A stretch of DNA of 60,576 nucleotides, filler included. It is 3 parts of 3 records of this genome, joined end to end, with 100 filler letters (N's around TTAATTAATTAA, not from the genome) between each part and the next. Parts side by side here need not be neighbours in the genome. Positions count along the whole stretch, not along the records: positions 1 to 26,786 come from SRR31156797_352; positions 26,887 to 44,351 come from SRR31156797_361; 1 more part is not named here. One strand, 5' to 3'. The translations under genes were made by a program, and so were the position numbers. Each line of letters opens with the position of its first letter. The stretch's first letter is position 1. Below, piece by piece: positions 17,749-27,046 of the stretch. The notes under the pieces were generated by a model. The model was given only the letters and a program-made list of their open reading frames with translations. It did not search any database and was not told the origin of the DNA.

Positions 17749-18657
17749 ATGAAAAACAGAAACTTAATTTCGATCAATGATTTTTCCAAAGCGGAACAAA
17801 TCAAAATTCTGGACATCGCCGAAGGTTTCGAAGCAAACCAGCGGCAGCGCATCCTGGAAAACTTTGTGGTGGCCACACTATTTTTTGAACCTTCCACCCG
17901 CACACGCCTCAGTTTTGAGAGTGCAGCCTCCTATCTGGGTGCCAAGGTTGTCGGGTTTTCCAGTTCGGCATCTTCAAGCGTTTCGAAAGGCGAATCGCTG
18001 AAAGACACCATTTTAACCGTGAGCAGTTACAGCGACATTATTGTGATGCGTCACCCCAAAGACGGCAGTGCGCGATGGGCCAGTGAGGTCTCTCCGGTTC
18101 CGATCATCAACGCCGGCGACGGTGCCAACCAGCACCCCACGCAAACGCTGCTGGATATGTATTCGATCCGTAAAACCCAGGGAACCCTCGACAACCTGAA
18201 CATCGCGTTTGTGGGAGACCTGAAATATGGCCGCACCGTGCATTCGCTCACCATGGCGCTTACACAGTACAATACCACCTTTCACCTGGTATCGCCTGTT
18301 GAGCTGAAACTTCCGAGTTACGTGAAACGCCACATCAAGCAAAATAACCTGGCTTATCACCAGTACACCGACCTGATGGAGGTAATCCCAAAAGCCGACA
18401 TCATCTACATGACCCGTATACAGCGCGAAAGGTTTTCTGATCCGATGGATTATGAAAAAGTGAAAAACGCCTACAACCTGGAAAATGAAATGCTGGCCGG
18501 ATCAAAAGAAAACATGCGCGTACTGCATCCGCTGCCTCGTGTTAATGAAATTTCGGAGGATGTTGACCCTAACCCGAAAGCCTACTACTTTACCCAGGCA
18601 CTCAACGGTGTGTATGTACGTCAGGCACTACTGGCTACCATTCTCGGTGTTAAATAA
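17749..18657 (+). CDS. pyrB: Aspartate carbamoyltransferase catalytic subunit
   Basis: FFEPSTRTRLSF, KGESL, INAGDG..HPTQ, GDLKYGRTVHS, YMTRIQRER, HPLPR. Confidence 0.98.
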   Translation: MKNRNLISINDFSKAEQIKILDIAEGFEANQRQRILENFVVATLFFEPSTRTRLSFESAASYLGAKVVGFSSSASSSVSKGESLKDTILTVSSYSDIIVMRHPKDGSARWASEVSPVPIINAGDGANQHPTQTLLDMYSIRKTQGTLDNLNIAFVGDLKYGRTVHSLTMALTQYNTTFHLVSPVELKLPSYVKRHIKQNNLAYHQYTDLMEVIPKADIIYMTRIQRERFSDPMDYEKVKNAYNLENEMLAGSKENMRVLHPLPRVNEISEDVDPNPKAYYFTQALNGVYVRQALLATILGVK

Positions 18658-18687
18658 TTGTGGAACATAAAATCAGAAGATAAGATC

Positions 18688-19158
18688 ATGGAAAATAAAG
18701 AAACCAGAAAAGAATTGCAGGTATCGGCCATCGAAAACGGTACCGTGATCGACCATATACCCGTGCAGGCGGTATTCCAGGTAATTAAAATCCTGAACCT
18801 CGACGAAACCGACGATATGGTGCTTTTTGGCAATCATCTCGAAAGCCGCAAGTATGGCAAAAAAGGCATCATTAAAGTGAGTAATAAATTTTTTGAAAAA
18901 GGTGAGGTCAACAAAATAGCGCTTGCAGCGCCATCGGCTTCTTTAATCGTAATTAAAGATTTTAAGGTGGTGGAAAAAACTGTGGTGGAAACCCCGGAAT
19001 ACATTGAGGAAATTGTGAAGTGCTTCAACCCCAACTGCATCACCAACCACGAAAGTATAGCTACCAAATTTGATGTGATTAAAGATGAAGGTGCCATGAA
19101 ATTGCGCTGCCACTACTGCGAAAAAACCACTTCGCAAGAGAATATGGAATTTTTGTAG
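18688..19158 (+). CDS. pyrI: Aspartate carbamoyltransferase regulatory subunit
   Basis: LQVSAIENGTVIDHIP; Zn ligands CFNPNC and CHYC; start moved to ATG 18688. Confidence 0.96.
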   Translation: MENKETRKELQVSAIENGTVIDHIPVQAVFQVIKILNLDETDDMVLFGNHLESRKYGKKGIIKVSNKFFEKGEVNKIALAAPSASLIVIKDFKVVEKTVVETPEYIEEIVKCFNPNCITNHESIATKFDVIKDEGAMKLRCHYCEKTTSQENMEFL

Positions 19159-19385
19159 GGATTGATTCCACGTTTTATTGAACCGACTAAAAGTGTCAAT
19201 TCGTTGATGTATGTTGAATGAATGTCAGTGGGTTGGCACTTTTTTTCGTTCTCTAAGAACTTTGGCATAAATAGAGCGAAACAAAACAAAGTCAATTTAC
19301 AGGATTAATGTAGTCTTTGAAAAATGCCCCTATTGCTATATTTTTGTCAGTGGCTATGAATCAATAATTACCAAAATCTAAAATC

Positions 19386-21548
19386 ATGATCGCAAATCCT
19401 AAAAAATCCACCCTTCTTAAAATCGTCATCTGCTTGATCCTGATTGTACTGTATCCAGGCAAAACCCGCGCACAGAAAACTCCCACGAAGACATTATCAG
19501 ATTTGAATCAAGCAGAAACCGAATTGCTCAATTACCCTTCGTCACCGAAGGTATTACAAACAGACACCATTTTTGATATCCCTGTAAATGATGAATACAG
19601 ATGGCTGGAAAATCTTGACAGCCCGGAAACCAAAGCATGGATTGATGCCCAAAATCTACTTACAGATAAAGCACTCAGAAAGCCCTCCAATAAGATCAAT
19701 TCTTATGTGCTAATCGATAAGTATTCGTACGTAAAATATGACAATCCGCAAAAAATGGGCAGTTACTATTTTACATATGCTTATTACAACAATGTAAGTG
19801 TCCCGGCTCTGTTTTATCAAAGAACGCTACATGAAAATCCGACCATAATTGTAGATCCGAATTTTATTTCTTCAAAAGATAATATTCTTCTGAAAAACTA
19901 CGCCGTTTCAAAAGACAACAAATTTCTGGCGTACCAATTTAGCCGCAATGGAAGTGACTGGGGTGAAATTAAAGTGGTTAATCTGAAAAGTGGGAGCCAT
20001 AAAGATGACCACCTGACCGGGGTGAAATTTTCGGGTATCTCGTGGAAAGACGATGGGTTTTACTATTCAAGATTTTCAAAAAGCGAAGAAAAGGATTTTT
20101 GCCAGCATGTGTATTACCATAAGTTGGGCACTACACAGGAAAATGATGAATTGATATTTAAGCGCAAGGATCCGGATATATTGTTCGATGTGAAGACAAC
20201 ATCTGACGAGCGCTACCTGATCATCCATGAACAGAACCAAACCACCGGCAGTGGGAATGTTTTCTATATTGATTTTAGTTCAGAGATGCCTGCACTCCGG
20301 CCACTGATAACAAGGCTATCAGGTGATGAAAACATGACTGTTCTTGATAATTCCGGAGATCTGATTATGGCAACCTCGTTCAAAGAAAACAACAACGGGA
20401 TGATCATTGCGGTCGATCCGGCCAACCCAAGGCAATGGGAAGTAGTTATTCCAGAATATGAGTCGTCACTTTTAATTGATGTGAAGCTGCTGGATGAAAA
20501 AATAATTGCACTTTATCAATCCAACAGGAAACAGATGATCACCTTTTACGACTACAAGGGAAAGGTGCTGGAGGCACTGCAATTGCCATTCGGTTTTTCT
20601 GCCGATGGCTTTAGTGGTGAGAAAAGTGATAAGGAAATCCTGTTTTCCTATTCGAGCTACACACAGCCACCGGTGGTTTATATTCTGAATACGGAAACAT
20701 TTAAAATGAAACCACTTCGGGCAACCGTTGTAAACTTCGATTACAAAAATTTTGAAACATTGGAACTGGAGTATAAATCGTTTGATGGAACAAAAGTGCC
20801 ATTGTTTGTTATTTACAAAAAGGGCCTGGACCTTTCGGCAAAAAACCCTTTGCTGCTGGAGGCTTACGGTGGTTTTGGAAGTATTGTCACCCCATCTTTT
20901 TCCCCCGGGATTGTTCATTTTTTGTTTAAGGGTGGCGTGTATGCTTTTGCCAACATCCGGGGTGGTGGTGACAATGGAAAAGCCTGGGCTCTGGCTGGAA
21001 GAGGCGAGCACAAACAAAATTCATTCAACGATTTTATTGCTGCTGCCGAATACCTCATCCAGCAAAACTATACATCTCCTGAAAAGCTGACTATAACCGG
21101 CGCTTCAAACGGCGGCCTGGTGGTTGCCGTGGCCATGACGCAAAGGCCTGATCTATTTAAAGTAGCTGTGCCCGTGGTTGCTCCATTCGACATGATCAGG
21201 TTTGAGCAGTTTTCTGTTGGCAAGTATCATACTGATGAGTATGGAAGTGTAAGTGACCCAGATGGGTTTGCACACCTTCTTGATTATAGTCCCTATCATA
21301 ATATTGACCCCAAGCGTAATTATCCGGCAATGCTAATCATGACCTCTGAAAACGACGATCGGGTTCCCCCATTTAATTCCTATAAGTTTGCTGCAAAATT
21401 GCAGAATAATCCTGCTCAAAGAAACCCGGTGCTGCTTCGTGTGGAAGAGGGCGCAGGTCATTATGGTGCAACCGGCAGTTTCAAAAAACACCTGAGAAGC
21501 GAAGCCGCCATGTATGATTTTATTTTATTTCATTTAAACACACCGTAA
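19386..21548 (+). CDS. Prolyl oligopeptidase (S9A), exported
   Basis: Signal peptide; D.YRWLE, YGGF, ANIRGGG, GASNGG (Ser), DDRVPP (Asp), AGH (His). Confidence 0.93.
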   Translation: MIANPKKSTLLKIVICLILIVLYPGKTRAQKTPTKTLSDLNQAETELLNYPSSPKVLQTDTIFDIPVNDEYRWLENLDSPETKAWIDAQNLLTDKALRKPSNKINSYVLIDKYSYVKYDNPQKMGSYYFTYAYYNNVSVPALFYQRTLHENPTIIVDPNFISSKDNILLKNYAVSKDNKFLAYQFSRNGSDWGEIKVVNLKSGSHKDDHLTGVKFSGISWKDDGFYYSRFSKSEEKDFCQHVYYHKLGTTQENDELIFKRKDPDILFDVKTTSDERYLIIHEQNQTTGSGNVFYIDFSSEMPALRPLITRLSGDENMTVLDNSGDLIMATSFKENNNGMIIAVDPANPRQWEVVIPEYESSLLIDVKLLDEKIIALYQSNRKQMITFYDYKGKVLEALQLPFGFSADGFSGEKSDKEILFSYSSYTQPPVVYILNTETFKMKPLRATVVNFDYKNFETLELEYKSFDGTKVPLFVIYKKGLDLSAKNPLLLEAYGGFGSIVTPSFSPGIVHFLFKGGVYAFANIRGGGDNGKAWALAGRGEHKQNSFNDFIAAAEYLIQQNYTSPEKLTITGASNGGLVVAVAMTQRPDLFKVAVPVVAPFDMIRFEQFSVGKYHTDEYGSVSDPDGFAHLLDYSPYHNIDPKRNYPAMLIMTSENDDRVPPFNSYKFAAKLQNNPAQRNPVLLRVEEGAGHYGATGSFKKHLRSEAAMYDFILFHLNTP

Positions 21549-21626
21549 ATTATTGATGCAACCATCGCAGTTTAATCCGTCTCTTTTATAAAGTGGTTTT
21601 TTTTATTTAGCCGAAAAAATTCTGGC

Positions 21627-24050
21627 ATGCTCCGGGTACCCTTAATGTTTATGATATTATTCTTTGGCATCGCTTTACATGCCCAGCAATTTTTTTCGGG
21701 TGTAGTTAAAGATGCCGGTACCCGCATCCCCATCGATCAGGTGCTGATTCACACTACCAATGAAACTTATTTAACAGCCTCTGACTCAACAGGTGCATTC
21801 AAACTTTCGCTGGCCTTGCCCGGAAGCCCGGAAACTACGCTAAATCAATGGATCTCACTTTCAGATAATTTACTTAGATGGGACCAGCATCTCACAGTGA
21901 TGATTTCGCTTTATGCCATGAACGGCACCACCATTTTTAACGAAAACTTTGCCGGAGAAAATTCGACATATTTACCGGTACCGGCACCCGGACATTATAT
22001 ACTGGAAGCAAAATCCGGATCACATCAAACCACGATTCTGCTGTTTTCTAACGGACAAACGCTGGTTCAGGGAAAAAAAAATAACATGCAGTTTCTCCCG
22101 CCGGTTACCGACAGCATGCTGATATTTTCCAGGCCAGAGTATTATCCACGCGAAATTTCGCTTACCAAAACCGATACATTTGTTACGGTAAACCTCTTGA
22201 AGAAAGCCTATGACAGCCTTGACTACTTTAATGAACTGATCAGCCACGAGGCTTTTCTTATGCTGCATAGCAGCCCACCACTTTCTAACTATGGCGGGAT
22301 ACAGTCGATCAAAGTCTTATACAACTTTGAAGATGATGAAATTTACTATTCCAATACCAAAAAATACAGTAGCCATTTTGCTTTCGCTGAAGCCATTCTC
22401 GACTATAACCTGGGCATCGACAACTTTTTTTATTCGCAATATGGCAGCCATAGCAGCCGGTTTTTAAACCTGGTGACCATCAATTATCACAAAACAATCG
22501 ATAAATATGTTTTTGAATTTGGATCTATTGACCTTGTAGATTGTGAAGGTGTAAAAGACACCTATGAAAAAATCCTTGCCACCTCATTTTTTGGCGACAA
22601 GCTTTTTTTCTATGCCAATAATCTGCGCTGGCAGGATTGCCAGGAGTTTCCCATAATAACATCCGAAGAGTTGTATGAAGGCCAGAATTACCAGGCCCTC
22701 AATCCGGAAGAAGGTTACGGATACCTGCGCAAGGTAGAAATAGATCATTTACCCGACACCTACCTCGGGCGTCATGATATTGTACTGCTCAACGGAATCC
22801 CAAATAATTTGTCGGTAGTAGCCGGCATCATTACCACCGAATTCCAGACCGCACTCAGCCACATCAACATCCTGAGCCACAACCGCCAAACACCAAATAT
22901 GGCGCTGAAGGACGGCTGGACAAACCCGCGATTGGATACACTGCTGGGCCAACTCGTTTATTTAAAAGTTGAAGGTAACGACTTTGAAATCCGAAGCGCC
23001 GGCATTGATGAAGCTGAAGCCTTCTGGCTGCAGAAGGAGCCCCAGACACCTGTAATTCTTGAAAAAGATACCGAAACGTCTGGCCTTATCGAAATGGAAG
23101 ATGCGGATTTTTTTGCCGTGGCAACCATTGGGGGTAAGGCCGCCAACTTCGCCGAGCTGGTTAATTTGGAGAGCATCCCCGTTCCTGAGAACTCTTTTGC
23201 CATCCCGTTTTACTATTATGAACAGCACATCCAGACGCATGGCATCGATACCCTGATCAATCAGATGCTTACCGACGAACAGACCTACAGCGACCTGGAC
23301 TACAGGAGAGAAAAACTGGAAGATATTCAGGATGCCATTGAGGATGCACAGCTTGACCAGGAATTGGAGTCGCTGGTTTTGGAACGAATCGGAAATTTTA
23401 ATGATTTTGAGGCGATCAGATTCCGTTCTTCAACCAACGCCGAAGACCTGGAAAACTTCAGCGGAGCCGGCCTGTACGATTCCTATTCAGCCAAAAAAGA
23501 CCACCCGACAAAAACCATCGACCGGGCCATCAAAAAAGTATGGGCGAGCCTTTGGAACCTGCGTGCTTTTGATGAACGGGAATATTATAAAATTGATCAA
23601 CAGTCGGTATCCATGGGAATTCTGGTGCATCGTTCCTTTCCCAACGAAGATGCCAACGGTGTGGTGATCACCAGGAACCTGTACAACAACAACCACGGTT
23701 ATACCATCAATGTACAGTATAAGGAATATAGCATCACATATCCCGAACAGGGCATTATGCATGATCAAATTATTGCTTATACCATCAACCTTGAGCAAAA
23801 CAATTATACTTTTGAATACCTTACCCAGTCGAACATACCTGAACTGAACGGCCAGCCGGTACTCAGTGACGAAGAGTTATATGAACTGGCTGACTATTGC
23901 ACCGAGATCAAACAGCATTATTTTTATAACCTTCCGCACAATGGCGATGGATATAACCTGTTTGCCGTGGATATCGAATTTAAAGTAGATTCACAAGTAA
24001 CCCCCAGGAAGATATATATCAAACAGGCCAGAATATACGCCCAGGATTAA
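21627..24050 (+). CDS. Exported PEP/pyruvate-binding (PPDK-type ATP-grasp) protein with upstream phospho-His-like domain; putative X,water dikinase
   Basis: Signal peptide ALHA-Q; AGIITTEFQTALSHINIL (His412); GGKAANF (502), RSSTNAEDLENFSGAGLYDS (600), KKVWASLW, MGILV, DIEFK, YIKQAR. Confidence 0.8.
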   Translation: MLRVPLMFMILFFGIALHAQQFFSGVVKDAGTRIPIDQVLIHTTNETYLTASDSTGAFKLSLALPGSPETTLNQWISLSDNLLRWDQHLTVMISLYAMNGTTIFNENFAGENSTYLPVPAPGHYILEAKSGSHQTTILLFSNGQTLVQGKKNNMQFLPPVTDSMLIFSRPEYYPREISLTKTDTFVTVNLLKKAYDSLDYFNELISHEAFLMLHSSPPLSNYGGIQSIKVLYNFEDDEIYYSNTKKYSSHFAFAEAILDYNLGIDNFFYSQYGSHSSRFLNLVTINYHKTIDKYVFEFGSIDLVDCEGVKDTYEKILATSFFGDKLFFYANNLRWQDCQEFPIITSEELYEGQNYQALNPEEGYGYLRKVEIDHLPDTYLGRHDIVLLNGIPNNLSVVAGIITTEFQTALSHINILSHNRQTPNMALKDGWTNPRLDTLLGQLVYLKVEGNDFEIRSAGIDEAEAFWLQKEPQTPVILEKDTETSGLIEMEDADFFAVATIGGKAANFAELVNLESIPVPENSFAIPFYYYEQHIQTHGIDTLINQMLTDEQTYSDLDYRREKLEDIQDAIEDAQLDQELESLVLERIGNFNDFEAIRFRSSTNAEDLENFSGAGLYDSYSAKKDHPTKTIDRAIKKVWASLWNLRAFDEREYYKIDQQSVSMGILVHRSFPNEDANGVVITRNLYNNNHGYTINVQYKEYSITYPEQGIMHDQIIAYTINLEQNNYTFEYLTQSNIPELNGQPVLSDEELYELADYCTEIKQHYFYNLPHNGDGYNLFAVDIEFKVDSQVTPRKIYIKQARIYAQD

Positions 24051-24151
24051 TCAGGCGCTTAATAAATTCCTCCGCTACAACAAACCGATCAGGACATTTC
24101 CATATTTTTGCCGTGATTTGAGTAATACATAACACAAGATTAATCAGATTT

Positions 24152-25480
24152 ATGAACAAGATTTACATTCTAACCTTGCTGCTACTTTTCCTTTTGCCGG
24201 GAATAATTCATGCACAAACCCCCATCAGCTCGATAAAAGGTGAACTGGAAAGCATTGATGGAATCGCAAATGTTAAACCACTGGAATGCGATACCTTTTT
24301 CCTGGAAAAATACCTGGTAATTGTTGAGCAGCCTGTAAACCACAAAAAGAAAAATGGAGACCAATTCACCCAGCGTGTGGTGGTAGGTTTCAAAGGACGC
24401 ACCCGGCCAACCATTTTTGTAACCGAGGGCTATGCAGGAAATTATGCCCTGTGGCCAAAATATGTGAACGAACTTTGTGTGCTGCTGGATGCCAACCTGG
24501 TGTTTGTGGAGCACCGGTATTTCGCTGAATCCATTCCGGATACAACCTCCTGGAAATACCACACCATTAAGCAATCAGCCAGCGATCATCACCGGATAAA
24601 CCAGCTGATGCAGCAGGTACTCACCGGTCCTTATGTAAGCACGGGCATCAGCAAAGGCGGACAAACCACCATGTATTACAAGTATTATTTTCCGGAGGAT
24701 TGCGAAGCCTGGGTTCCATTGGTTGCCCCGCTAAACTTCAGTATTGCAGATGATAGAGTAAATCCATTTATTAATCAGATTGATGGTGAGGAATGCAGAA
24801 AAAAGATCCGGGATTTTCAGATTTTGGCGCTGGAGAAGCAGGATGATTTAATGGCTGATTTTCTGAAACTTGCCAAAGAGAAAGGTTACCATTACGAAAC
24901 TGTTGGTGGCCCCGAGGCCGGATACCAGATGATTGTGCTGGAATACCCCTTTGCTTTCTGGCAGTGGGGATTTATCCCCTGCGAAGATATTCCGGGAACT
25001 AATGTAGCTGATTCAACCATTCTGAAACATCTGCTGGCAGCTTCTCCTGCCGACTATTTTGCTGATGAAGGTATTGAGGGGATGTGGCCTTTCTTTTACC
25101 AGGCACTCACCCAGATCGGTTATTACGATTATGACACCACCGGACTTGGAAAATACATGGATCATGTTACCGATCTTGATTTTTCGGCGTTTGCACCGGA
25201 AGGGACAAATCTAAAATTCAAGAAGCGCTATATGAAAAGGGTGAACCGCTACCTCACCAAAAAAGGCAACAACATGATATATATTTATGGGGAATACGAT
25301 CCGTGGTCATCCACAGGTTTTACCCCGGATAATGAAAAAACCAATTCATTCAGAGTGGTAAAAGCCGGAGGCTCGCACACCACACGCATCCGAAATTTAC
25401 CACATGAACAGCAAACCCAGGTGATGGATTCTTTGGAAAACTGGCTGGGAGTTAAGATTAACAGGAAGGCATTTCAATAG
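24152..25480 (+). CDS. Exported serine aminopeptidase, S37 (PS-10)/S28 family
   Basis: Signal peptide; QPVNH, FTQRV, VEHRYFAES, STGISKGG nucleophile, IYIYGEYDPWS, GSH. Confidence 0.88.
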   Translation: MNKIYILTLLLLFLLPGIIHAQTPISSIKGELESIDGIANVKPLECDTFFLEKYLVIVEQPVNHKKKNGDQFTQRVVVGFKGRTRPTIFVTEGYAGNYALWPKYVNELCVLLDANLVFVEHRYFAESIPDTTSWKYHTIKQSASDHHRINQLMQQVLTGPYVSTGISKGGQTTMYYKYYFPEDCEAWVPLVAPLNFSIADDRVNPFINQIDGEECRKKIRDFQILALEKQDDLMADFLKLAKEKGYHYETVGGPEAGYQMIVLEYPFAFWQWGFIPCEDIPGTNVADSTILKHLLAASPADYFADEGIEGMWPFFYQALTQIGYYDYDTTGLGKYMDHVTDLDFSAFAPEGTNLKFKKRYMKRVNRYLTKKGNNMIYIYGEYDPWSSTGFTPDNEKTNSFRVVKAGGSHTTRIRNLPHEQQTQVMDSLENWLGVKINRKAFQ

Positions 25481-25499
25481 GTCAGTAAACCTGACAGGT

Positions 25500-25872
25500 G
25501 GTGTGTTAATTACTTATTTTTATAACATCACATGTTGCTGTTTATGAACGCTTTAAAGAATTGTATAAAAATATGCTTTTTCGTTCCAAATTTATTCATC
25601 AAAAAAATAGATTTCTCCCTGCGGTCGTGCCGTAGGCATCCCTATCTTTGGGGAAATGACACTGATTAAGGTTCGTATGGGAGGGACGGGGAAAAGCGGA
25701 CGCTCTGCATCCGCTTTTCCCCGTCCCATCAGAAGTTCGCATTGTTGTCATTTCGATGGAGCGAAGCGACTGAGAAATCTATTTCAGGTTGCTTACTTGA
25801 AAAAGACACCTAAATATCATCGCATTATTTTTTAAAATGGGACGTAAAAACAGAATTCAAATTTTACACCCC
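25500..25872. mobile_element. Non-autonomous MITE-like insertion (373 bp) with 11-bp target-site duplication
   Basis: ACCTGACAGGT repeated directly at 25489-25499 and 25873-25883; imperfect terminal IRs GGTGTGTTAATT vs GGGGTGTAAAAT (9/12); no transposase ORF. Confidence 0.6.
25605..25784. repeat. Nested fold-back repeat
   Basis: AAATAGATTTCTC/GAGAAATCTATTT (13 bp), GAAATGACA/TGTCATTTC, and a perfect 18-bp stem 25683-25700/25710-25727. Confidence 0.8.
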
Positions 25873-26136
25873 ACCTGACAGGTTTCAGAAACCTGTCAGG
25901 TTTATCCATAAAAACCAAAAACTAAGCTTCACCCCTATCCTGGCGGTCCAGGGTTAGAATTCCTGTTTTTGGATCACGTAATTTAACCCATCAGTAAGAT
26001 TTCATAAATTGAGATGAATATTTATTCACTGGTAATGGACATTCAATAAATTTGTTGCAAATTTTTAGAGTACGCATTTTAATTAATTGCGCCTTTAAAT
26101 AAAGTACATCTATTAACCATAAAGAGAGCTAAAGTC

Positions 26137-26786
26137 ATGAATCATCAAAATTTGAAATATAATATAAATACTGGTTTACCAACAAAATTAATAACCATAC
26201 TTGTTGGAATTATGCTTGTATCCTGCAATCAAAACCGCAGCACCTTCCTTCCGGTGAATATTATTCCTGAGCCAGTTTCCATGGAGGAAAGAGGCGGCTA
26301 TTATCAAATTACAGATGCCACCAAAATGCTGATAGAACAAGGAGATGAAAATTCATACAAAATCGCAGAAATGTTCACAACTCAGGTTTCAGCTGTTTCG
26401 GGTTTAAATCTGGAAATTAAGCCTATTGAAGACCGCAGAAATGATCATGGAATCATTTTTGAAACCTTGCCCGAAGCCGACACACTGGGAGCAGAAGGAT
26501 ATATCCTGCAGGTGAAAAACAAGAAGATCGAACTTTCGGCACACCAACCGGCCGGCCTTTTCAGGGGAATGCAAACATTGTTTCAACTGATGCCTCCGGA
26601 AACTTTTGGAGAACAAGTTGCAACACAAGTAGAATGGAAAATCCCCAGAGTAATAATCCATGATAAGCCAAGATACGGATGGCGCGGCATGCATCTGGAT
26701 GTTTCACGGCATTTCTTCGATACGGCCTTTATCAAACGCTACATCGACCTGATTGCCATGCACAAAATGAATGTATTTCACTGGCA
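26137..26786 (+). CDS. Beta-N-acetylhexosaminidase (GH20), lipoprotein; truncated by contig end
   Basis: Lipobox LVSC; IIPEP, EGYIL, DKPRYGWRGMHLDVSRHFF, KMNVFHW(H). Confidence 0.92.
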
Positions 26787-26886
26787 NNNNNNNNNNNNNN
26801 NNNNNNNNNNNNNNNNNNNNNNNNNNNNNNTTAATTAATTAANNNNNNNNNNNNNNNNNNNNNNNNNNNNNNNNNNNNNNNNNNNN
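26787..26886. other. Artificial contig-join spacer
   Basis: N44-TTAATTAATTAA-N44; GH20 is cut at the join and gene content changes across it. Confidence 0.97.
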
Positions 26887-26898
26887 TTTATAGATAAT

Positions 26899-26934
26899 AA
26901 AAATCCCCGGAAACAAATGTTTCCGGGGATTTTT
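26899..26934. terminator. Bidirectional intrinsic terminator
   Basis: Perfect 17-bp IR AAAAATCCCCGGAAACA/TGTTTCCGGGGATTTTT downstream of mscS. Confidence 0.8.
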
Positions 26935-26945
26935 CATTTTAATTT

Positions 26946-27035
26946 TCGCCGAAAGCGACAGAGGGATTCCAAAGGGGGATTGCCCCTTTGGCCGTCGGAG
27001 ACGAAATCACCTGTCAATTCCGCCAACGGCGGTGT
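26946..27035. repeat. Multi-hairpin intergenic element (possibly a Desulfovibrionaceae-type dispersed repeat)
   Basis: TCGC/GCGA, CCAAAGGGG/CCCCTTTGG and CCGCC/GGCGG hairpins in series; single copy in this window. Confidence 0.45.
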
Positions 27036-27046
27036 CTTAATCCTTT

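Noticed and set aside
21627-24050. Annotation as PEP synthase, PPDK or rifampin phosphotransferase
   Set aside because: No pyruvate-binding barrel or rifampin-binding domain, reversed domain order, and a signal peptide
26831-26842. TTAATTAATTAA palindrome (also 44396-44407) as a biological site
   Set aside because: Artificial linker with stops in all frames, embedded in N runs
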